Of a DNA stretch of 43,633 nt, positions 34,202 to 42,438 are shown piece by piece. Position 1 is the first letter of the stretch, and each line of letters opens with the position of its first letter. A program made the translations under genes and the position numbers. Source of the stretch: an uncultured bacterium (GTDB lineage Bacteria; JAGOEH01); the NCBI GenBank assembly GCA_964632485.1, contig CAZWDO010000005.1, positions 208,249-251,881 on the forward strand, written 5' to 3'. Below the pieces are notes generated by a model. The model saw nothing but the letters and a program-made list of their open reading frames with translations. It was not told the origin of the DNA and searched no databases.

Positions 34202-37200
34202 CAGAAGCGAAGCAAATCACGTTCGTTCCAACGCATGGCTGGTCAGGTTGGGTAAAGAAGCCCGTCTCAATGGCTATTTGCTTAACATCGACTTCGGCTC
34301 TTCCAGCCTGCGCGGCATCCAGACAGAAGACGCCATGCTGATCACCGAAGAGCGTGACGGAAAGTACACCGTGATCGGTGTAGGCCGGGTATTCAGGAAG
34401 CGCTATTCGCTCAAGGACACCTCGTTCTATTTCGACGGCTATCTACAGGCAACACCGACCGCCACACTGGATGAACAGACCATTCCCGTCCCCGAAACCA
34501 AGGCACCGATCAACCGTCTGGATTGGGCGCTGTTCGAGAATGCCCTGAAAACGACCACCGGTGTGAGTTGGACAGCATTCCCTGTCATTTCGGGTGATAC
34601 ACCTGACGAACAGGCATATGTGCGGGAATTAATGCAGGCGGCCATGATCGACGACCTTTTGGGACCCGCTGACGGCCCGGTAGAAGAGATCATCGGCATG
34701 AGCGTCCGTGATCGATATCTGGTGGGCAAGCTGGCCCCTCAAAACGCGGTCATCACCGAAGAGGACGAGCTGCCCGGAGCCGGAGCAGAAGACGATCAGG
34801 AAGGCACTCGAGAGGTGGATGCTTCGACCAATCAGTCACTCGTTCCTTCGTCTTTTGGTTTCACCTTCTGCGTGGACTCGACGGTCAACGAGGTGGAGCT
34901 CATTGCGAATTGGGGGCGGTACGAGAGAACGGAAAGCGAGCGAATCAACAAGGCAAATGACAAACCTTTCCGCTGCTGGAAACGTATTCCCTCGGGTGGT
35001 TCGGTCATCATTCCGATGATAAAACGAAAGATCGAACCGCTCACCATCGACAATCAATGCCCGGAGGTTCTGGTCCAGGGCTCCATCAGTCCGCCTCTGG
35101 AGAACGGTGACCGGCTGGTGACGATGTTTTTCATCAACAATCAGTCCATGCCGGAACAGAATCAGGATCAGGCATGGGTATTCCAGCCCGAACTGATCGT
35201 CCGGGACCCGGAAAATGGCCCCATCTTCAGGAGACGGCCGGTTTTGGATTCCGATGGCGGGGATGCCGAGCGTGAAGCGCTCGAGATGATTTACAGAAAA
35301 CAGGTCGAGTTCGCGGTCGGGCACGGTGTGTCCGTCCATGCGACCACAGCCGAAAACGATACGGAACACGCGGTCGAGATCAGAACAGCCATCTTGCCGG
35401 AATACGAAGTGCCGGTCACAGAAACGCCGGGTCTGGCAGACGAAGACCGACCGGGTATGAAGCGCATGATAGCCGAAGGTTTCCTCGACATGGAAAACCT
35501 CGCGGAGCTGGACAAGGATTCCCTTGTCAATGGGTTGCGAATTCTAACACAGGATTACTCCGACTGGATCAAAGAACAACGAGACAGGATTCGCAACATT
35601 GAAGGCGGAAGGCAGAAGGCGGAAATTCATCCTTCATCCTCCAGCCTTCATCCTTCCGACTTCATCCCTCAGCCTTTCCGCGGCGCAGCCGTGGCGGCCA
35701 TGGATCGCTGCTCTCAGGTTCTCCAACGTCTGGAAGAAGGTATCGATATATTGGGAGCCAACGAACACGCACTCGAGGCATTCCGTTTTGCCAATCGTGC
35801 CATGGCGCTCCAGCGCATTCGCAGCATCTATGCTTTGAGCAAGAGACGCGGTGACGATCCTGACCTCGGTACCCTGAATGTTCGAAAAAACAGGTCGTGG
35901 CGACCGTTCCAGCTGGCCTTCATGCTTCTATCGCTGACAGCTTTGGCCAACCCGGAACACAAGGACAGGACCGAGCCACTCGAAGCCTATGCCGACCTTC
36001 TCTGGTTTCCCACCGGTGGTGGTAAGACCGAAGCGTATCTGGGCGTGGCGGCTTTCACCATGGCGATTCGACGGTTGCAAGGAGATATGGGCGGTTTGGA
36101 TGGCACTCGCGGTCTCGCCGTGATCATGAGATATACCCTCCGTCTGTTGACCCTCCAACAGTTTCAAAGAGCGACCACCCTGATCTGTGCCTTGGAGTCA
36201 ATGCGTCGTGAAGACCCCGAGAAATGGGGGAAGACACCTTTCACCATCGGACTCTGGGTAGGAAATAGGGTCACACCCGGGACAACGGACGATGCGCATT
36301 CGGCTATTCAGCGTTTCAGAGATGGGCAGCGGTACGGTAGTAATTCCCCAGCACAGCTGACCACTTGTCCGTGGTGTGGTGCGGAGATTTCAGAGGGCCG
36401 TCACATAGAAGTCAATAATGCTATCAAGCGGACCTTTCTATACTGTGGGGACAAACTCGGCAGATGCGATTTTAGCAAAAGGAATTCAAAGGATTTAGGA
36501 ATTCCGGTTCTGGTCGTTGACGATGAAATTTACAGACATCCTCCAACCATGCTGATCGCTACGGTGGACAAATTCGCCATGATGGCCTGGCGTGGGCAGG
36601 TGCGAACACTCTTTGGCCGTGCTACACAGGAATGTGCTCGACATGGCCTGTTATGGCCCAATGCGGATTGCTCCGGCAATCACAACGCTATGGGTGGTCT
36701 ACCCAGGGTCACTGTGAAGGATATCACTCCAATTCGCCCTCCGGATTTGATCATTCAGGACGAGTTCCATCTCATCAGCGGACCGTTGGGAACGATGGTC
36801 GGGCTTTACGAAACGGCTGTGGATGAACTCTCTACATGGCAGGTCGGCAGTAAATCGATCCGTCCCAAGGTCATCGCGTCTACGGCTACCGTTCGCAAGG
36901 CTGACGAGCAGGTCAACAACGTCTTCTTGAGACAGGTGGCGGTCTTTCCACCCCATGGACTGGATGTGGAGGACAACTTCTTCTCTGTCCAGAGACCTAT
37001 CGAGGAAAAACCCGGTCGACGATACATGGGGATCTGTTCCCCGGGAAGCTCGCGTCCGGCTGTATTGATTCGCGTCTACGTGGCCATGTTAACGGCGGCG
37101 CAGTCACTTTTCGAACGGTTCGGTCAGGTTGCCGATCCATATATGACCGTTGTCGGCTATTTCAATTCACTGCGGGAACTCGGCGGCATGAGACGCCTTG

Positions 37201-38141
37201 CCGAGGATGACGTCCAGACCCGTGCCTATAGAGTACAGATGAGCGATGTCAGCCGACCGGGACTGGAACAGCGGTCGGTCAGGAACGTGGGCGAGTTGAC
37301 CTCCCGTGTGTCGAGCAAGGATATCCCGAAAAAGCTGGATCAACTGGAAGTGAAATTCAACGCTACTCTGGAAGACGGCAAGTACGTCACCAATTGGGAA
37401 AAGGGTGAAACACGGGCCATCGATATCGTTCTGGCCACCAACATGCTTTCGGTGGGTGTGGACGTGAATCGTCTGGGAATCATGGCCGTGAACGGTCAGC
37501 CGAAAAATACGGCAGAATACATTCAGGCGACGAGTCGTGTCGGTCGTCAATTCCCGGGACTCGTTTGCACGGTATTGACGTGGTCCAGACCGCGTGACCT
37601 CTCTCACTACGAAACGTTCGAGCATTACCATGCCACCTTCTACAAACACGTCGAGGCTCAATCGGTCACACCTTTCGCTCCGAGAGCGCTCGACCGTGGA
37701 TTAACCGGTACTTTGGTCAGCCTGATGCGACTGGGCCACGCCCCATTAAATCCGAATCTTGGGGCCATGGCGCTCGACAACGTGACTTCTCCCGAATTGA
37801 CCAGCGCCAAGGAGAGCATCACAAACAGAGCCTGGAAAGCGACCAGCAAAAAAGCCATCAAGGAAAACGCCGAGGTGATGATTTCCGATCGCTCTGACCG
37901 TTGGGTGAAGGAGGCCGGAAAAGCCGGACGCCGCTTGGGCTATGAAACCGAAAGGCGGCAAGGCGATGTGGCGGCACTGCTGAGAAAACCGGGCGTGGCC
38001 GCTTGGGACGAATTTACCGTGCCCATGTCGATGCGTGAAGTGGAACCGGGTGTGAAACTGATTATGGATATTGCGACTCTGCCGGAACCTCCGGCTTGGC
38101 GAATGAGAAGAACGGATGATAGCGACGGAGGTGAAGCATGA
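34194..38141 (+). CDS. drmA: DISARM helicase DrmA
   Basis: WFPTGGGKTEAY, LRLLT.QQ, QDEFH, STAT and QATSRVGR motifs. Start MNNRS with GGAGGA RBS. Directly upstream of a DUF1998 gene. Confidence 0.92.
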   Translation: MNNRSEANHVRSNAWLVRLGKEARLNGYLLNIDFGSSSLRGIQTEDAMLITEERDGKYTVIGVGRVFRKRYSLKDTSFYFDGYLQATPTATLDEQTIPVPETKAPINRLDWALFENALKTTTGVSWTAFPVISGDTPDEQAYVRELMQAAMIDDLLGPADGPVEEIIGMSVRDRYLVGKLAPQNAVITEEDELPGAGAEDDQEGTREVDASTNQSLVPSSFGFTFCVDSTVNEVELIANWGRYERTESERINKANDKPFRCWKRIPSGGSVIIPMIKRKIEPLTIDNQCPEVLVQGSISPPLENGDRLVTMFFINNQSMPEQNQDQAWVFQPELIVRDPENGPIFRRRPVLDSDGGDAEREALEMIYRKQVEFAVGHGVSVHATTAENDTEHAVEIRTAILPEYEVPVTETPGLADEDRPGMKRMIAEGFLDMENLAELDKDSLVNGLRILTQDYSDWIKEQRDRIRNIEGGRQKAEIHPSSSSLHPSDFIPQPFRGAAVAAMDRCSQVLQRLEEGIDILGANEHALEAFRFANRAMALQRIRSIYALSKRRGDDPDLGTLNVRKNRSWRPFQLAFMLLSLTALANPEHKDRTEPLEAYADLLWFPTGGGKTEAYLGVAAFTMAIRRLQGDMGGLDGTRGLAVIMRYTLRLLTLQQFQRATTLICALESMRREDPEKWGKTPFTIGLWVGNRVTPGTTDDAHSAIQRFRDGQRYGSNSPAQLTTCPWCGAEISEGRHIEVNNAIKRTFLYCGDKLGRCDFSKRNSKDLGIPVLVVDDEIYRHPPTMLIATVDKFAMMAWRGQVRTLFGRATQECARHGLLWPNADCSGNHNAMGGLPRVTVKDITPIRPPDLIIQDEFHLISGPLGTMVGLYETAVDELSTWQVGSKSIRPKVIASTATVRKADEQVNNVFLRQVAVFPPHGLDVEDNFFSVQRPIEEKPGRRYMGICSPGSSRPAVLIRVYVAMLTAAQSLFERFGQVADPYMTVVGYFNSLRELGGMRRLAEDDVQTRAYRVQMSDVSRPGLEQRSVRNVGELTSRVSSKDIPKKLDQLEVKFNATLEDGKYVTNWEKGETRAIDIVLATNMLSVGVDVNRLGIMAVNGQPKNTAEYIQATSRVGRQFPGLVCTVLTWSRPRDLSHYETFEHYHATFYKHVEAQSVTPFAPRALDRGLTGTLVSLMRLGHAPLNPNLGAMALDNVTSPELTSAKESITNRAWKATSKKAIKENAEVMISDRSDRWVKEAGKAGRRLGYETERRQGDVAALLRKPGVAAWDEFTVPMSMREVEPGVKLIMDIATLPEPPAWRMRRTDDSDGGEA
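35603..35675. repeat. Inverted 7-bp tandem arrays inserted in frame in drmA
   Basis: AGGCGGA-AGGCAGA-AGGCGGA, AAT, then TCATCCT-TCATCCT-CCAGCCT-TCATCCT-TCCGACT-TCATCCC-TCAGCCT. Confidence 0.9.
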
Positions 38142-40024
38142 GTACACATCCAGTAGGACAAGTGAGACCGAGCCAGCTGTTGTGGACTTACGGACCGGGT
38201 GCGTTGATCGACTTACCCAACCTGTCCGTGATCACGATGGGACTGGACAGATGGGATATCGACCGGTGTCCGCCCGTGGAAGAAGCCCGATTGCTGGCTG
38301 CCGTGCGTCGGGTGCTCGGTCCGCAGGTAACCCATCTTCGGATTCCACCTGTCATGAATGACGAAAGCGCGAGTCCTTTTTCCGCCGAAGGTAAAGTCGG
38401 CGTTCCGGTCAGACCGTTCCCACGTTGGCTTCGCTGTGTGAAGTGCGGCCTCCTGGCTGAATACGACTCCGGGCTGTTCAACATCAAGGCCAACCCTTAC
38501 AGGCCGGAACTGACCCACTTCGTCCATACGAACTGCATCAAGGGTGCAAATGCCGATGCCGTGCCAGCGCGTTTTCTGCTGGCTTGCCGCAACGGACATT
38601 TGGACGATTTCCCTTGGCACTGGTTCGTGCATGGCGGCCAATCCGATTGCAGGGGAACGCTGCGTTTCTTCGAATCAGGGGCTTCGCTGCAGACCGAAAA
38701 TCTCTGGGTCAAATGCGATGCTTGTGGCGCTTCGAAACAGTTGGCGAAAGCCTTTGGTAAAAGCGGTCAAGAAAACCTCCCAGCTTGCCGAGGTCGTCAT
38801 CCTCATCTCGATAAATTCGATGCCGATTGTAACGAGCAGCCCCGGGCTGTGCTTTTGGGTGCCACCAACAGTTGGTTCCCGATCACGCTATCAGTGCTGG
38901 CCATTCCCCTCGAGAAGAACCAGCTTTCCCAGTTGATTCTGGATGGATGGGACTATTTTGCGGATGCCGATTCTGTCGAAGAGATCAAGATCATCGTAAA
39001 GACCCTGACCAAGACAAACAGCCTTCCCGGAATCGACAAATATCAGGCGGATGAAATCTGGTTTGCGGTACAGGATCGCAGAGATGGAAACGCTACCGAG
39101 GTCATTTCCGAAGGTGATATCAAAGGACCGGAATGGGATGTGTTGATATCTCCAAATCCACCGACGGATTGGCCACACTTTTTGAGCAGCAAGGTAGCGA
39201 GACCGCAAGCCTACAAAGATGTTCTGGATTCGGTCCTCTTGTTGGAGCGTTTGAGAGAAGTGAATGCGCTGATTGGGTACACTCGCGTGGAGGCTCCCGA
39301 AGAATCGGCGGACGAAGACGAGCGCCCACCAATGGCGAATCTGTGCAAAGGAAGACCCAGCTGGATTCCTGCCGGTGAGGTGCATGGAGAAGGAATATTC
39401 ATCCGTTTCAACAAGAAGGCCATTTCCGACTGGGAACAGCTGGAAGCCGTCAAACGCAGGGATCAGAAAATTGAACAGGGTCACCGTGGCTGGCGAAACG
39501 CCCGTGGACTCGATCCGGAAGTCGGCTATCCGGGAATCAGATACACAATGCTGCACTCATTCGCCCACCTGTTGATCAGGGAGCTGGCACTGGAATGTGG
39601 TTACAATGCGGCAAGTATTCGGGAGCGGATCTATGCCGGTACCGGTGAATCTCCAATGGCCGGGATTCTCATCTATACCGCCGCTGCAGATTCCGATGGA
39701 ACGCTCGGTGGTCTGGTCGATCTCGGGAAACCCGATAACCTCGGCCGCCTGATCGAACAAGCGTTGAACAGAGCTATGATTTGCTCGTCAGATCCACTCT
39801 GTTCAGAACACAATCCAAGCGAAGATCGTTCTCTCCATGCCGCATCTTGCCATGCCTGCGCATTCGTTGCCGAAACATCCTGTGAAAGAGGCAACCGCTA
39901 TCTGGACAGGGCATTGCTGGTGGAAACGTTCGAATGCAAGGATGCCGCTTTTTTCAGAAAAGTGCTTAAGGACTACTATTGCGTTGCTGAGGAACAAGCT
40001 CCATACGGATCGGCGAAGAAGTGA
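38138..40024 (+). CDS. drmB: DISARM DUF1998 protein DrmB
   Basis: RPSQL..TYGPGA N-terminus. LHSFAHLL...GY....IRER, GTLGGL, CSSDP.C, CHAC and SCE..N..LDR motifs. Confidence 0.92.
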   Translation: MSTHPVGQVRPSQLLWTYGPGALIDLPNLSVITMGLDRWDIDRCPPVEEARLLAAVRRVLGPQVTHLRIPPVMNDESASPFSAEGKVGVPVRPFPRWLRCVKCGLLAEYDSGLFNIKANPYRPELTHFVHTNCIKGANADAVPARFLLACRNGHLDDFPWHWFVHGGQSDCRGTLRFFESGASLQTENLWVKCDACGASKQLAKAFGKSGQENLPACRGRHPHLDKFDADCNEQPRAVLLGATNSWFPITLSVLAIPLEKNQLSQLILDGWDYFADADSVEEIKIIVKTLTKTNSLPGIDKYQADEIWFAVQDRRDGNATEVISEGDIKGPEWDVLISPNPPTDWPHFLSSKVARPQAYKDVLDSVLLLERLREVNALIGYTRVEAPEESADEDERPPMANLCKGRPSWIPAGEVHGEGIFIRFNKKAISDWEQLEAVKRRDQKIEQGHRGWRNARGLDPEVGYPGIRYTMLHSFAHLLIRELALECGYNAASIRERIYAGTGESPMAGILIYTAAADSDGTLGGLVDLGKPDNLGRLIEQALNRAMICSSDPLCSEHNPSEDRSLHAASCHACAFVAETSCERGNRYLDRALLVETFECKDAAFFRKVLKDYYCVAEEQAPYGSAKK

Positions 40025-40797
40025 TGAATGCCGAAATCTGGCAAGTCATCGCTGACATCGGGATCGGACTTCATCCCGACCGGGTAAACGCGATAGCGGA
40101 CAAGATAGCCGGTCTGTCATCGGTGGACGAGTTTTACAAGGCGAGTTCGGGTTTCGGCCCGGCTGCCAACAAACCGATGATGAACGCTCTGGAAAAGGCG
40201 TGGAAGAACAACCCCGGGGTTTCCCCTCTGGAACTTGCCGCCGCTTTGCGCGGCGCGTCCGGAACGGCCGTGATCATGGAAAAGCGTGAAGCGGTCGAAA
40301 TGGTCTGGACAGGTCCTTTTACCGGGCTGGTTGCATCCCGGCATACAGAACAGGTTTTGCTCGAGGTGATAGGTTCCGCGAGATGGCGGCTCTTCATTGT
40401 CAGCTTCGTCGCCTATGACATCGACTCGGTCAAGAAGGCTTTGCAGGATGCGGTCGGCAGGAACGTAAAAATCGACATCTTGCTGGAGTCGTCGAAGGCC
40501 CATGGCGGCAAGATCGATATCGACTCGATATACGCTTTCAAAAAAGCGATTCCGTCGGCCAACGTCTATGCGTGGAATTCCGAGTTGAAATCCTCTTACC
40601 GTTGGAACGGTTCTGTCCATGCCAAGTGCGCCGTTGCCGATGGCTCCCTCGCTTTCATCACGAGCGCCAACCTCACGAGAGCGGCCATGGAAAACAACAT
40701 GGAACTGGGGGTGCTGGTCCGTGGAGGCAACCTGCCGGAAAAACTCGAAAGGCATCTCGAAGCGTTGGTGACGACGGGAGTGATAGGGAAAATCTGA
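40021..40797 (+). CDS. drmC: DISARM phospholipase D-like nuclease DrmC
   Basis: VWTGP, a single HAKCAVAD (HxKxxxxD) motif and TSANLT...N.ELG. Confidence 0.92.
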   Translation: MMNAEIWQVIADIGIGLHPDRVNAIADKIAGLSSVDEFYKASSGFGPAANKPMMNALEKAWKNNPGVSPLELAAALRGASGTAVIMEKREAVEMVWTGPFTGLVASRHTEQVLLEVIGSARWRLFIVSFVAYDIDSVKKALQDAVGRNVKIDILLESSKAHGGKIDIDSIYAFKKAIPSANVYAWNSELKSSYRWNGSVHAKCAVADGSLAFITSANLTRAAMENNMELGVLVRGGNLPEKLERHLEALVTTGVIGKI

Positions 40798-41255
40798 TGG
40801 ATACAGTTGACAGAAAAACCCGTTCCAAGATCATGAAAAGTGTCCCTCAAAAGGATACCAAGCCCGAAATGCGTCTCAGAAAGGCGTTGCATGGGATGGA
40901 TTTTCGGTACCGACTGCATGACAAGAAACTGCCCGGCTCTCCCGATCTGGTTTTCCCGAAATACAAGGCCGTCATCTTCGTGAATGGCTGTTTCTGGCAC
41001 CGGCATGGCTGCAAACAGACCACAACACCCACCACGCGTGAGAATTTCTGGAAGGCCAAATTCGAAGCCAATATCGAACGCGACAAAAAAAATGTCAGTG
41101 ACCTTGATGCGGCCGGTTGGCGCGTGATGACTGTGTGGGAATGTAAACTGAAGAAAGCCGATGAGAATCACCTTTTTGAAAAGATCAAATGTTTCCTGAA
41201 TGATTTTTTAGGTGAAGAATCAATGGCAGAATTAATCAAAAGCAGGAGCGGCTAA
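40797..41255 (+). CDS. vsr: Very short patch repair endonuclease
   Basis: RSKIM..V..KDTKPE, LPGSPD, FVNGCFWH.H and GWRVMTVWEC motifs. True start is ATG 40797, overlapping the drmC TGA. Confidence 0.93.
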   Translation: MDTVDRKTRSKIMKSVPQKDTKPEMRLRKALHGMDFRYRLHDKKLPGSPDLVFPKYKAVIFVNGCFWHRHGCKQTTTPTTRENFWKAKFEANIERDKKNVSDLDAAGWRVMTVWECKLKKADENHLFEKIKCFLNDFLGEESMAELIKSRSG

Positions 41256-42275
41256 ATGAAAAGCAGGCTGAAGAACCTTTACAAATACCTAATCGAGAAC
41301 CGGAAACACGAAGTCGAAGGCTGGCATGATGCCTATCGTGAGTTTTACGATCAGGTTGGGCAAATACGTGAGCGCATCAAATCAGGAAAAGGTTTGGCTC
41401 AAACTGATGAGGCTTTCCTGAAGCAGCTCCTCTATGAAAAAAGTAACGGGATCGCTTCTCGCGGCCAGTCCACTTTGAGTGAACCAGATTTCAAAAAAGT
41501 TATTGAAGATGCCGATTTTTTAGGCTGCCTGCAGGATCTGATTGCGAATCCAACGCCTGAGACATACAAAGCATTCGCGGAGATCTGGCCACAAAAAGTG
41601 ACTCAAAATAATCCGGTCTTGATTAACAGGGTAGCTGCAGCCTGCACGCTCGAAGTTTCCACAACTGTTGATTCCGGTAAGTTCAATCAGGTCTTCAGCT
41701 GGCTTATTCGTGAAGGAATTATCCCGACATACCCTGCAGAAAAGGATCAGGATTGGTTTTCAATGAATCTATGGTTAATGAATGAAATAAAATCAAATGA
41801 CTGGCTGGAAGAAATAAACAAGGATAATGGATACAAAACTTATAAAATTAAAGGTACAGATATCGAAACGGATGAGTTTTATCTGAACCTGTTTGTTTGG
41901 GTGCTGTATGAAAACCTGTCCAACCCATTCAGCCTGAAAAAGCAGATCGTTAAATACGGCGCTCCCGGAACAGGTAAAACATACCAGGCTCGTCAGCAGA
42001 CCTTGATGCTTTTTGATATCTGGAAAGAGGAGTTTGCTCCGAATAGTAGTCTTACACATGCAAGCCAGATTGAGCTGGTACAGTTTCATCCTTCTTTCAG
42101 TTATGAAGACTTCATGGAAGGCTTGCGCCCCATTCTGGACGGTAATGGAACCGCTCAGCTGACTTTGCAGAATGGTGTTTTCAAAGAATTCTGCCGAAAT
42201 GCCGGAAAGTGGGAAATTGATGTTTGCGATCTTGGTCTCGATCGGGACTGGGAATTAATTAGAGTCCGTCCATAA
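41256..42275 (+). pseudogene. McrB-like AAA+ GTPase, 3' truncated at an IS boundary
   Basis: YGAPGTGKT, VQFHPSFSYEDFMEG and GVFKEFC are present. The Walker B (DEINR) and NxxD motifs are absent, and the ORF ends inside the putative IS terminus. Confidence 0.8.
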
Positions 42276-42363
42276 ATTCAACGTGTTGTAGCATAAATAG
42301 ATAGATATATTATTAAAGTAAATATTATCAGAAAAAAAATATTGTTTGTTGACAACAAAATGC

Positions 42364-42392
42364 TTGACTTTTTATCTCTTTTGTGTTATATT
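42364..42392 (+). promoter_or_regulatory. Sigma70 promoter of the transposase
   Basis: TTGACT-N17-TATATT with TGn, then AAAGGAG upstream of ATG 42439. Confidence 0.6.
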
Positions 42393-42438
42393 ACAATCGG
42401 TTGGTTAATTTTAAACTATAGCAAAGGAGATTTGAGAA

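Larger units (their letters stand above)
19570..42275 (+). other. Anti-phage defence island: C5 MTase + class 1 DISARM with nested rhuM, Gabija-like pair and fic + vsr + truncated McrB-like gene
   Basis: Twelve co-oriented abutting or overlapping genes, on the opposite strand and visibly GC-richer than the flanking host genes. No integrase or tRNA in the window. Confidence 0.88.

Noticed and set aside
35603-35675. Heptamer arrays as a CRISPR array or intrinsic terminator
   Set aside because: No unique spacers, 7-bp units, no cas genes, no U-tract, and located inside an open reading frame.
39955-40024. DrmB C-terminal tail (VAEEQAPYG) as a remnant of a lost cargo gene
   Set aside because: Too short to support without an alignment.
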